Positions 47,180-56,331 are shown, numbered from the stretch's first letter. The stretch: DNA of 64,000 nucleotides from a virus (IMGVR_UViG_3300028887_000069:116898-180897); one strand, 5' to 3'. The notes: generated by a model not told the origin, from the letters alone. Numbers and translations are program-made.

Positions 47180-47578
47180 ATGAATATGAATATGACATTT
47201 GTATTAATTATGGCGGGAGGGCTGTATTCATTTGCATCAGTTATCATGTGCCTGGTCATCGTGGCGAAATCGGACGACATCAAAACAATACTCGAATACG
47301 CCGCAATTACTGTCTTGGCTATGATTTGGCCTGTGACCGTAACATATATAGGCATACTCGCACTCTTGAGTCTGTTCGCATACAAGCCCAAGAGACCGAC
47401 GCTTGGAGATAGACTACATTGCATGATATTCGGGCATATTTGGTGCAGCGACGGACTCCCCAAGGGGAATGGAGTCGGAAGGCAGTTTTGTGATATCTGC
47501 AAGAAAGAACGGTTTTACGATTATAGAAATGATTGTGAATCTACCGACGAAGATTTCAATAACTATAAGAAAAAATAA
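47180..47578 (+). CDS. Membrane protein with C-terminal Cys/His motif
   Basis: Hydrophobic helices, MIWPV, then HC.IFGH.W...CDIC. Confidence 0.65.
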   Translation: MNMNMTFVLIMAGGLYSFASVIMCLVIVAKSDDIKTILEYAAITVLAMIWPVTVTYIGILALLSLFAYKPKRPTLGDRLHCMIFGHIWCSDGLPKGNGVGRQFCDICKKERFYDYRNDCESTDEDFNNYKKK

Positions 47579-47584
47579 GGAGCA

Positions 47585-47920
47585 ATGGACAAGAAATATC
47601 CTGAATACTACGAGATTGTAAAGGGGTGTAAAAGGCACAAGTCCCTCAATCTCAACAATTGGTGGTACGTGCAGTTGAACGCCTCCATCATAACCGCTTT
47701 CGGCAAGTACAAGATGGACTACCCGCAGTGCGTGTTCGTCGAGACGTTTGGCTATACAACGGGACCGACAACACAAATCACCATAGTCCGAAACAACTTC
47801 AAGAACGACAGGGATGCGAAGAAATGGTATGACAACCTCATCTTTGTACAAAGCGCTCTCAATCTCCAAGCCGAGGCGAACAGTACCGATGATATGAAAT
47901 TCAAATTTGTATTGATATGA
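47585..47920 (+). CDS. Hypothetical protein
   Basis: 111-aa ORF. Confidence 0.7.
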   Translation: MDKKYPEYYEIVKGCKRHKSLNLNNWWYVQLNASIITAFGKYKMDYPQCVFVETFGYTTGPTTQITIVRNNFKNDRDAKKWYDNLIFVQSALNLQAEANSTDDMKFKFVLI

Positions 47921-48189
47921 AAGAACTACCTGAAACAGTAACGATAGGTGAGCGTGTGTACTCCCTGAATATATTGCAAGATTCCTCCGACGACGGAGTA
48001 TTCCCGAAATGGTGGTTTGTGTCCTATGTGGTGAAAGATGAATTGGGACTTCCACCTCGGGTTCACGACAAGGAATATTGGTATTACCTCCAATCAGCAG
48101 AAGAAACAAGGGAAGCCGCCATCGCCGACATGCAAGAGAGGTTGGAGAACATGATAATCGATGAGGAAACAATAAACTGTAACAAATAG
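47917..48189 (+). CDS. Hypothetical protein
   Basis: 90-aa ORF, ATGA overlap. Confidence 0.7.
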   Translation: MKELPETVTIGERVYSLNILQDSSDDGVFPKWWFVSYVVKDELGLPPRVHDKEYWYYLQSAEETREAAIADMQERLENMIIDEETINCNK

Positions 48190-48197
48190 CAAACAAC

Positions 48198-48722
48198 ATG
48201 AACAAACAGGTTAAACAAATTTTAGACGAGATTGAACGTCAACTCGGAAACAAGGAAGAAACCTCGAATCTTGACAACGAGGCTTTTAACAGTGGCAGGT
48301 GGAAGGCACTTGAGAAACTAAAGGATTTCATCAACACACAATCCGAGGAATGCACAAACGAGGAGCGTGATATTGATATGTGGTTGGAAGAATATAAGTC
48401 AAGGACTGAGTTCTATAAAAATTTCATCGAGTACCTGAGTGAGGAATGCGTTGGCAGCAAAGACAACATAATAGAGGCTGTGAGCAACAATTTCAGAAAC
48501 GAGTTCATGGGCTATGTCGATACTGAAAAAGAGATTGACAGCAAGGGCAACCTGATATTCAAGTTCAAGATAGACGACAAGCCTTATAAAGCCCATTGGC
48601 AAGAAGATGACAACTATGCCGTATGCCAATGGACAGGCTATGAGGCGGATGACTATATGGGTTATTTGTTGTTCCCTACTTTTGGATTCAAGAAATTTTT
48701 CTGTATATATTACACTTGCTAA
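48198..48722 (+). CDS. Hypothetical protein
   Basis: 174-aa ORF. Confidence 0.7.
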   Translation: MNKQVKQILDEIERQLGNKEETSNLDNEAFNSGRWKALEKLKDFINTQSEECTNEERDIDMWLEEYKSRTEFYKNFIEYLSEECVGSKDNIIEAVSNNFRNEFMGYVDTEKEIDSKGNLIFKFKIDDKPYKAHWQEDDNYAVCQWTGYEADDYMGYLLFPTFGFKKFFCIYYTC

Positions 48723-48734
48723 CACTTTAAAAAT

Positions 48735-49015
48735 ATGGAAACACAAGTTGTAGAAAAAGCGGCCATCGAATATAGTTGCGCCAACCCATCCGAGCGAACC
48801 AATGGACTGTATGACAAAAGCGAGTTGGAATGGGCTTTCGAGGCGGGTGTAAGTGGCAAAAGGAACAGATGATGAAAGATGCTATTCCTGCAAAGGTAGT
48901 GAATGATGAAAATTCAGGATGTGTTGTTGATTGTGACAATGGATGCCTTGTAATGCCAAGACATGCTTATAATTTTACTGACAAACTGAAAATCATAATT
49001 GTAAAGGAGAATTAA
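48735..49015 (+). pseudogene. Frameshifted accessory gene
   Basis: METQVVEKAAIEY...AFEAGV, then KWQKEQMMKDA... in another frame; adding one A at about 48851 restores a single ORF. Confidence 0.6.
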
Positions 49016-49038
49016 ACAACAATCAAAATTGAAAAAAT

Positions 49039-49512
49039 ATGAAAACGCTCGCAGAATATATAATGGAAGGTTTTTCCAACATGCCACCCTATCACTTTAT
49101 GGTAAAAGTGAATAAGGATTCAAAGAATTTTGGTGTGCTCGAAATGAATTATAAAACCAACAACGACATTGAATGTAGTTTGGATTCGCACGGTAATACC
49201 TACACATTTATTATACCTCTAACCAAATCTGTAAGGTTTTGGATGGAAATGTGGGGTGCTCGTTTTGATTGCTGGAAAAAGTATGGTGGCGCTCCTATAA
49301 TGAAATACCCAGCAAAATGTAAGGGAAATCTTATAAAATGGGTGCTTATTGAACCGGCACGTCGTAAATGTGATTTCCTAATAGAATTGTTGGATGAAAA
49401 GAGCAAGGTGCAATTTACATATAGATTCACCATCCAGGACCTCCTCCGAAAATTAGCCGAAGCTACTAATGGAGGTGATATTGAAAACCTTGACGAAATA
49501 ATTAGAAAATAG
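49039..49512 (+). CDS. Hypothetical protein
   Basis: 157-aa ORF. Confidence 0.7.
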   Translation: MKTLAEYIMEGFSNMPPYHFMVKVNKDSKNFGVLEMNYKTNNDIECSLDSHGNTYTFIIPLTKSVRFWMEMWGARFDCWKKYGGAPIMKYPAKCKGNLIKWVLIEPARRKCDFLIELLDEKSKVQFTYRFTIQDLLRKLAEATNGGDIENLDEIIRK

Positions 49513-49606
49513 CATAATATGAAAACGCAAACTGAATTAGTCAAGGAATGGTTAAAGAAGCATGACCTATGCGGCTCGAAGGCTTGGTGGGATAATAACA
49601 GAAGTT

Positions 49607-51445
49607 GGTAAACCTATTCAAAAGTAGTTAAAAATGTTCAAAACTAACCCGTATAAATATATTGTAGTTTGACACTATTTATATAAAAGAAACCGAAGGA
49701 GAGAGCGGTTTCGAACATAACATAAGGCATACAGAGGTTTTATCCTTGATGACACTCTCTCCATCAGTCTCAAGTTTAACGCCTCTTTTTTATTGGAACA
49801 TGGTCATGGACAGCAAATATACAAAAGTTTTCAAGTCAAACGGATTGACTCGCCAGAAGTATGACGAGTTGTATGCGTTTGCTGTTATGCTGCGTGACCA
49901 TAAGAACAAGGTTTCCGAATATGTGAACAACAATATTGAACACTACCTTGAATACAGCAAACTTGACTTCTTGAAGGAAATGCGCGCAACATACAAGGAT
50001 GCCATTCCGAGTTCGTTTGATGTTCAGTTATATACCCAAGTGTTCAACTGCTACCAGAACAAGTTTGATGCAATCCGCAAGCACCTTGACTTTGAAGTCG
50101 TGCGGTTTGTCGGATTTGAGTTCTACAAGCGTGACACCAAGAAGAACAAGAAAGGCGACTTGAAGAAGGTTGTGACAGAAAAGAGCAAAACACCATTGTC
50201 AATATGTCTCACCTACCTTGCACGCTATGGTAATGAGAACACGATTGACTATATCACCAAGCAGCTGGAGACCTGCGATGACAAGAAACGTGAGTTCTAC
50301 AACAACATACTGCGTTGCTGTGAGAAATTTGGTTTTGACAGAGTTATGAAACTCGCTTTAAGAAAAAGGAACAGAATAATCAAGCGGTATTCGGAGCATC
50401 CGATTGAGTTCAAATGTTTGTCATTCGGAGGTCGTTGCAGGAAAACGAGAATCATCGACTACAACAAGAAGTTCGGTTCGGTAATCAACTCCTTCGTCAG
50501 TCTGTCGGGAATTGGTAGGAAGTCGTTTGATATACCCGTGAAGTTCAACAAGGATTGGCACGGTTCTATGAAAGAGTACCGGAAGTCTAACCCAGACTAT
50601 GAGTATGTCCTTACCTTTAATGAAAAGCATCATCAAGTAAACATCAACTTGTGCAAGGACGGACAAAGGTACATACCAGAGGCAGGTGATAATGTGGTTG
50701 GCATTGATGTGAACTGCAAGCATAACTTGTTCAGTCTGTCAAACGAAACTACCTATGACTATAACAGGCAACTCGTAAACGACTTCTGTAAACTGTCATT
50801 AGAAGTTGACAAATTGAAGAAGGGCAAGAACTATGTTGTAGGCAAACGCAAGCAGCAAAAACTTGACACACTCAAGATGAAGATGTTGAAATCCGAGCAA
50901 GAACTCATTTCAAAGATGTGCAAGTCGTTGGTGGTTGATGGAGTGAACCATATTGTTATGGAAGACCTTGACAACGGATTCGGAAGGTGCTACGTTAAGG
51001 ACAAGGATAACGAGGACATAAACTACAACCGTAAGGTGAAGTTTCTTGGATTGAGCAGTCTGAAAGATGAGGTTGAACACATCGCAAGGAAATACGGCAT
51101 CGCTTTGTCAACCGTGCATGCGAGCTACACGTCAAAGATGTGTCCGGTTTGCGGTTGCATTGCCGATGAGAACAGACCGAACCAAGAGACCTTTGAGTGT
51201 GTTGAATGCGGACATACCGATAATGCCGATTTCAACGCATCCAAGAATATAAGGAACAGAGTGACCGCAACCGTGTTGCGGGAACAACTCTTAAAACAAC
51301 TTGGCAACGGCGCATACGAACCGCGCAAATTAAAGCGGGAAAAGGTTAAGGATGTGCTGCTGTCGTTCCGGAGAAGTCTGATGGATAAATCAGATGGTGA
51401 ACGTAGTGAAAATAACAACTTAAATACTTTTGACTATGTTTAGTT
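49607..51445 (+). mobile_element. Non-autonomous TnpB element (IS200/IS605/IS607-like, no transposase)
   Basis: AGTT at 49603-49606 and 51442-51445 flanks 1839 bp; 5' hairpin GAAACCG...CGGTTTC. Confidence 0.7.
49800..51443 (+). CDS. tnpB: TnpB RNA-guided endonuclease homologue
   Basis: RuvC-I VGIDVN, RuvC-II IVMEDL, YTSKMCPVCG...FECVECG..DNADFNASKNI; likely ATG 49800 or 49806. Confidence 0.88.
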   Translation: MVMDSKYTKVFKSNGLTRQKYDELYAFAVMLRDHKNKVSEYVNNNIEHYLEYSKLDFLKEMRATYKDAIPSSFDVQLYTQVFNCYQNKFDAIRKHLDFEVVRFVGFEFYKRDTKKNKKGDLKKVVTEKSKTPLSICLTYLARYGNENTIDYITKQLETCDDKKREFYNNILRCCEKFGFDRVMKLALRKRNRIIKRYSEHPIEFKCLSFGGRCRKTRIIDYNKKFGSVINSFVSLSGIGRKSFDIPVKFNKDWHGSMKEYRKSNPDYEYVLTFNEKHHQVNINLCKDGQRYIPEAGDNVVGIDVNCKHNLFSLSNETTYDYNRQLVNDFCKLSLEVDKLKKGKNYVVGKRKQQKLDTLKMKMLKSEQELISKMCKSLVVDGVNHIVMEDLDNGFGRCYVKDKDNEDINYNRKVKFLGLSSLKDEVEHIARKYGIALSTVHASYTSKMCPVCGCIADENRPNQETFECVECGHTDNADFNASKNIRNRVTATVLREQLLKQLGNGAYEPRKLKREKVKDVLLSFRRSLMDKSDGERSENNNLNTFDYV

Positions 51446-51551
51446 CTTCGGACGGTGAAACGTACTATAACCTTAAAATCGAACAAGTTGTCAGAATTAT
51501 CAAATATGTAAATAGAAATAAAAATCATGATAGTAAAGGAGGACAAAGAAA

Positions 51552-51794
51552 ATGAAAGTAGGGCGTGATTATGCATGGTGGGTGAACTATTCGTGGTCTT
51601 ACAAATGGCTTGAGGAAGAAAGCGGCGAGTGGATTGCCGACAGGGATTTCGATGCCGAGCGGTTCTATTGCCGAAAGAGGGACATCAAGAAAGAGGCGGC
51701 GAAAAGGGCAGCCGAGTCAATGTGCGGATTGGAGTACCGCAACCTCAAGGTGACCATCGACGAGTGCTACATGACGACACCAGAAGAAATATAA
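51552..51794 (+). CDS. Hypothetical protein
   Basis: 80-aa ORF. Confidence 0.7.
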   Translation: MKVGRDYAWWVNYSWSYKWLEEESGEWIADRDFDAERFYCRKRDIKKEAAKRAAESMCGLEYRNLKVTIDECYMTTPEEI

Positions 51795-51806
51795 GGAGGA
51801 CTGAAT

Positions 51807-52220
51807 ATGGCTTTATACGACAAATACAACCTAACCGAGCCGATGGGCAGGCTTCTCATCAAGTATGTTCTCGCATTGCAGAACATTATGCAGTACAAGG
51901 TAGATGCAAATGATTGGCAAACTCCATATCAGTTGGAGACCATTAGACAAAATGCTCACCAGGAACTTTTTGACAATGCAATACTTCCTCTATTGGAACT
52001 TAATGAAAGTGTTAGTGAGGACGATGTATATCTCCGTTCAAAGGAACTTTTCTCCAATCTCGACAAGATTTGGAAGATATATGACCAGACGGAGTTCGAC
52101 CTAACCGATGATAATTGCATGGAATGGATGGTTCTTTATCTTTATAAGTTTCTTAATACCACGGAAACGAAATTATATCTGGAAGGAAAGATACAATATA
52201 TACACGGAATACACATATGA
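51807..52220 (+). CDS. Hypothetical protein
   Basis: 137-aa ORF. Confidence 0.7.
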   Translation: MALYDKYNLTEPMGRLLIKYVLALQNIMQYKVDANDWQTPYQLETIRQNAHQELFDNAILPLLELNESVSEDDVYLRSKELFSNLDKIWKIYDQTEFDLTDDNCMEWMVLYLYKFLNTTETKLYLEGKIQYIHGIHI

Positions 52221-52221
52221 T

Positions 52222-53175
52222 ATGAGATACTACAAGGGAAACATAACACCAGCCGAGGACACCATATTCGTGTTCGGAAGCAACCCCGAGGGTCGCCACG
52301 GGGCGGGTTCGGCGAAGGTTGCACGGGAACAATTCGGTGCAATATACGGCGTAGGTGAAGGTCTGCAGGGCAACTCCTACGCATTACCAACAAAGGACTT
52401 GCGAATTCCGGGAGACAGGACAATCGGCAAGGGTGACATTGCCAGGAATATAGGAAAACTTTACGAAGTTGCAAGGAAGCATCCTGACAAGAAATTCATG
52501 ATAGCCTACAGGAACGGAAAGGATGAAAAGACTCTCAATGGCTATACGGGTGAGGAGATGCTGAGGATGTTCGCAGCATTGATTGTACCCAACAACATAT
52601 GGTTTTCGGAGGAGTGGCGTTCCATATTCCAATCGATATTCAACTATACAGGAAACTATGTGAACCACTCAGGTGGTGCAATCGGAAGCGACACCGTATG
52701 GGGTGAGGTCGGCGGTGTATACGGTGTTGAGTCGTTCCACTATTGGCACGGCAAGATTACGCCCAACGGCAACACCGAGATAACCGAGGAGGAGTTCGAG
52801 GAAGGCAAGGAACACGTGATGAAGGCGAACGAAACACTACATAGAAAGCCCGAGAAGTATATGAATCTCCTTGCAAGGAACTACTGTCAGGTCAAGAACG
52901 CTGACGAGATATTCGCCATAGGTAAGTTCAAGAACAAAATGGTCGACGGAGGCACGGGATGGGCTGTGCAGATGGCTATAGACGACGGAAAAATTGTCAA
53001 TTTTTATGACCAAGAAAGACGCCTGTGGGCAAGGAACAAGGGTGGTATATGGGAACCTTCATCCACACCCCTACTTACTGAGAAGTTTGCGGGAATCGGT
53101 ACACGTGAGATAAACGTCAACGGCATAAACGCAATCAAGGAAGTGTATGCACAGACATTCGTGACACATGTTTAA
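52222..53175 (+). CDS. Fusion of A1S_2505-like (macrodomain-like) domain and SLOG-like domain
   Basis: IFVFGSNPEGRHGAGSAK.A...FGA.YG.GEG.QG.SYALPT; then HSGGA.GSD...LARN..QV...D...GGTGWAVQMA. Confidence 0.65.
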   Translation: MRYYKGNITPAEDTIFVFGSNPEGRHGAGSAKVAREQFGAIYGVGEGLQGNSYALPTKDLRIPGDRTIGKGDIARNIGKLYEVARKHPDKKFMIAYRNGKDEKTLNGYTGEEMLRMFAALIVPNNIWFSEEWRSIFQSIFNYTGNYVNHSGGAIGSDTVWGEVGGVYGVESFHYWHGKITPNGNTEITEEEFEEGKEHVMKANETLHRKPEKYMNLLARNYCQVKNADEIFAIGKFKNKMVDGGTGWAVQMAIDDGKIVNFYDQERRLWARNKGGIWEPSSTPLLTEKFAGIGTREINVNGINAIKEVYAQTFVTHV

Positions 53176-53238
53176 CATCCTTTAACAAAAAAGATTTGGC
53201 ACATTCAGAAAAACGCCTTATCTTTGCAAACGTAAACA
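53172..53238 (+). promoter_or_regulatory. Repeated promoter module 12
   Basis: TTAACA-N4-TTAACA, GATTTG, TATCTTTG at 53219-53226, CAAACGTAAACA. Confidence 0.85.
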
Positions 53239-53258
53239 AACAAAAAGAAAGGAACAAT

Positions 53259-53576
53259 ATGATATTAGAAGAATTCAAGGCAAAGTACGAAAGAATAAGC
53301 AAAGACATTGAATTGCTTCGAGCCGAAAGGCGTGAACTCTGCAAAGTCATGTCGGAAGAACACCCTATAAACAGGCTGAAAGGAAAGCTCGTGAGGGTGC
53401 GAGGCGCAGAGCCGATGTTCTTTGACCATCTGGAGATTTCGTCAGATTCCAACTATTTTAGCTTAATCACGGCGGTGGGTTATGCCCCGAAAAAGGATGG
53501 TTCAATATCCAAAAGCCCTCGTACTCACTTTGTCAGTATTGACACCATTGAGGAAGAAATACAGGAAGTCAACTAA
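53259..53576 (+). CDS. Hypothetical protein
   Basis: ATG 53259 after promoter; GY.PKKDGSIS motif. Confidence 0.7.
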   Translation: MILEEFKAKYERISKDIELLRAERRELCKVMSEEHPINRLKGKLVRVRGAEPMFFDHLEISSDSNYFSLITAVGYAPKKDGSISKSPRTHFVSIDTIEEEIQEVN

Positions 53577-53596
53577 AAAGGAAAGGAAACACTAAT

Positions 53597-54115
53597 ATGT
53601 GCTTATATATCAAAGAAGGATGCAAGCCCGAAATTGCAAAAGAGGACATTGTCTGTTGGAAAATTGTCTGTAAAGATAATGAATACAAGAACAGATGGCG
53701 CGGGCCGTTTTTTGGTTCTATAGATAAGCAACGCTATAACAGAATATTGAATGCCAAAGGCATCAATGTGTTACGCAGAGGAGATATAACCTATCTGGAA
53801 CCCATTAATGGATTAGGAGAACAAAGGATAAATGAAGGGTTCCATGCCATAGTGGATACAACATCTGAAGTCAGGACACGTATTCAAGAGAAATTTACGG
53901 CACTTCGACATGCCGACGATTATCCTTTCCGCAAGGCAATCATCCCGAAGGGTGCCGAGTACTGTCTCGGTAGCAGTTTCGACATTGTTGCAACACACAT
54001 TATTGTGTTCCGTAACGAACTTTCATATAATATGTACTGCAGGTTCAGAGGATTGATAAGACTGTGGAACTCACTGATTGGAAAAACACCGCACATTGTG
54101 CACAATGGACAGTAA
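53597..54115 (+). CDS. Accessory family C protein
   Basis: MCL..KEGCKPEIAKEDI.CWK...NEGFHA...IPKGAEYCLG. Confidence 0.8.
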   Translation: MCLYIKEGCKPEIAKEDIVCWKIVCKDNEYKNRWRGPFFGSIDKQRYNRILNAKGINVLRRGDITYLEPINGLGEQRINEGFHAIVDTTSEVRTRIQEKFTALRHADDYPFRKAIIPKGAEYCLGSSFDIVATHIIVFRNELSYNMYCRFRGLIRLWNSLIGKTPHIVHNGQ

Positions 54116-54593
54116 TATGGAAAATAACAAGGATTTCACCGTTTGGATGGACGAACGGTACAATATGACCAAGGAGGAGTTTGAACAGCACATGACTTGG
54201 GCGGACACCTTTGAGGAAAAATACGGCATCGAACTCCCGCAGGGACTTAAAACTAAGACATTAAAGTACGAAGAAGAATCCTGTGCGAACCGAATGCCGC
54301 AGGTGGATTATGACAAACTGTTTGTCGGTGCTCATCTGTATATGGACTCGTCCGACTTGTCGTCGTTAGGTCCCCTCTGTTGGGATGAAATAGAGATAAC
54401 ACACATCTACGGCGGTGTGGTGTTCTACAAGTTCCTTGAAGGGAAAAGAGAGGGAGAGGAAGATTGGTCACCGAAAAACTCTTTCTGTTTCATGCGACAG
54501 ATTTACCCCAAGGTGGTGATGAAGCCCGCCTGCGTAGAGATGGAATGCGACTGTCCGAGAGTGATATTCAAAAATTGGCAAACACAAAAATAA
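54105..54593 (+). CDS. Hypothetical protein
   Basis: ATG 54105 or 54117. Confidence 0.7.
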   Translation: MDSNMENNKDFTVWMDERYNMTKEEFEQHMTWADTFEEKYGIELPQGLKTKTLKYEEESCANRMPQVDYDKLFVGAHLYMDSSDLSSLGPLCWDEIEITHIYGGVVFYKFLEGKREGEEDWSPKNSFCFMRQIYPKVVMKPACVEMECDCPRVIFKNWQTQK

Positions 54594-54594
54594 T

Positions 54595-55395
54595 ATGAAA
54601 GCATATAAAGGATTTAATAAGCATAGTGATGGCACGTTGTGGTGCCGTGACTTCCAATACGAGGTCGGTAAGACATATACGTTTTATGGTGTACCTTTAC
54701 TGTGTAGACAGGGATTCCATGCGTGTCATGAGCCGTGGCAGTGTTGGGTGTTTTACCCTAACGACGGAAGTACCGTGTACTACGAGGTTGAATGCGGCGG
54801 GAAGATAGTCGAAAGTGATGATGGTGACGGCAAGTTCGTATGCGCAGAGATAACCTTGGTAAAAGAGATACCAGCGCCTGAGAATAAGTTTGATTTTTGT
54901 AGTAATTTCCGAGAAGGTTATGCAGGAATTGAATTGGAAGGTAAGAAGAACCATATCAATACGGAAGGGCAGATATTGTCACAACAGTGGTGGGAAGATT
55001 GCTATGGTTTCTATAATGGATATGCAATGGTGAAATTGGATGGTAAATGGAACCATATTAATACGGAAGGGCAGATAATATCACAACAGTGGTGGGATGA
55101 TTGTTGGCGTTTTCAAGAAGGTTATGCAGAAGTGCAGTTGAATGGCAAAGGCAACTATATCAATGCGGATGTAAAACTATTATCCGAGCAGTGGTTTGAT
55201 GCTTGTTATAGCTTCCAATATGGTTATGCAATGGTGCAGTTGAAAGGTAAATGGAACTTTATTGACACGAAAGGAAAATACCTATCGGAGCAGTGGTGGG
55301 AAGATTGCTATGGTTTCTATAATGGATATGCAAGAGTGGAGCTGAACGGTAAATGGTATAAAATAGATAAAAACGGTAAAATAATAGAGCAATGA
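54595..55395 (+). CDS. Family D: DUF7666-like N-domain plus 5 WG-like repeats
   Basis: Same architecture as 7112 and 16251; last repeat shares 81 identical nt with 16251. Confidence 0.8.
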   Translation: MKAYKGFNKHSDGTLWCRDFQYEVGKTYTFYGVPLLCRQGFHACHEPWQCWVFYPNDGSTVYYEVECGGKIVESDDGDGKFVCAEITLVKEIPAPENKFDFCSNFREGYAGIELEGKKNHINTEGQILSQQWWEDCYGFYNGYAMVKLDGKWNHINTEGQIISQQWWDDCWRFQEGYAEVQLNGKGNYINADVKLLSEQWFDACYSFQYGYAMVQLKGKWNFIDTKGKYLSEQWWEDCYGFYNGYARVELNGKWYKIDKNGKIIEQ

Positions 55396-55817
55396 AACAG
55401 ATAGAACTCAGTGGCAAGGATAGTCTTATAAACAGTCTCCACGTAAAAGTTTGCGACTATGAGACGGGAAAAATGAAGGATGTCCCGTTTTATGATGAGG
55501 ATGGAAAACTTGCACGGGATGTGGAAGAAGGTGGCTTTGCCGTCACCCTCGACAAGGACGAACTCGCCCAATCCATAGCATATCTTCGTGAAGATACGGA
55601 CGGCAAGGTCGGTGCCAACGACATTCTCAAGTCGATGTTCAAATACTCACCTGACATACTCGGTGACAACGAGCCTTTCCTCATGGGAATGACCATTTTG
55701 AAGGAACTTGTGAAAAGAACTGAAAACGGCCGTTCCGAAAACCTGGCACTCCGCTGTGCGTTGGCTAACCTTGAGGAAATTTATAATAATATTTCGAGAA
55801 AACTCCGAAATCTTTAG
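55392..55817 (+). CDS. Hypothetical protein
   Basis: 141-aa ORF. Confidence 0.7.
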   Translation: MKQIELSGKDSLINSLHVKVCDYETGKMKDVPFYDEDGKLARDVEEGGFAVTLDKDELAQSIAYLREDTDGKVGANDILKSMFKYSPDILGDNEPFLMGMTILKELVKRTENGRSENLALRCALANLEEIYNNISRKLRNL

Positions 55818-55822
55818 TTTCG

Positions 55823-56161
55823 GTGCGGTTCACAACAGATAACAAAACAGATTCATTGATGATTACAGACACAGACCTTATAATTATGTATGCGGAGAAC
55901 GAGAAGTTCCGCAAGGAGAAGCCGCAATACCGTTTCAGAATGCCGCTTGACAAACGATTCGAGGAGTATTTCGGACAGATATACGGACATGATGTGATAG
56001 TGAAATGCATTGACAAGAACGGTGTCAGGAACACGATAAACGGAAGGGTTGAACATGCCTTCATAAGCGGTGTGTTCCTCTATGACAAGGACAATTTCAA
56101 GTCGTCGTATTTTTCATACTCGACAATGGTTTCAATCAAGGACAAAAAAGCAAGGAAATGA
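55823..56161 (+). CDS. Hypothetical protein
   Basis: 112-aa ORF; start uncertain. Confidence 0.6.
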   Translation: MRFTTDNKTDSLMITDTDLIIMYAENEKFRKEKPQYRFRMPLDKRFEEYFGQIYGHDVIVKCIDKNGVRNTINGRVEHAFISGVFLYDKDNFKSSYFSYSTMVSIKDKKARK

Positions 56162-56331
56162 CTAAATGGGACTCTTACGCATATGCGGCTGATATTGTCG
56201 ACGCCATTGACGAACTAATCAAAAAATACGGGTTTGACAACGTCAAATATTCAGTGACTTACAACATAGACTACCGTCTTTTCTATACTATCCGTGACAA
56301 AGATGACGAAAATATGGAAAATATTTCCTGA
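56158..56331 (+). CDS. Small hypothetical protein (57 aa)
   Basis: ATGA overlap at 56158, TGA at 56329-56331. Confidence 0.55.
   Translation: MTKWDSYAYAADIVDAIDELIKKYGFDNVKYSVTYNIDYRLFYTIRDKDDENMENIS

Larger units (their letters stand above)
49519..51555 (+). pseudogene. Small gene (about 66 aa) interrupted by the TnpB element
   Basis: Joining 49606 to 51446 gives MKTQTELVKEW...DNNRS-SSDGETYYNLKIEQ...GGQRK*, with its stop overlapping the next ATG. Confidence 0.65.

Noticed and set aside
49800-51443. Cas12f/type V CRISPR effector
   Set aside because: No adjacent array or cas genes; the gene lies within an insertion with definable ends, which fits TnpB.
49603-51445. IStron (group I intron plus TnpB) or group II intron
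   Set aside because: No register of the AGTT repeat gives both a U at the 5' exon end and a terminal G; there are no GUGYG/AY ends and the 5' non-coding part is only about 190 nt.
968-53238. CRISPR array formed by the repeated CTTTGCAAACGTAAAC motif
   Set aside because: Copies are kilobases apart, always intergenic before a start codon and contain the Bacteroidota -7 box; there are no regular spacers.
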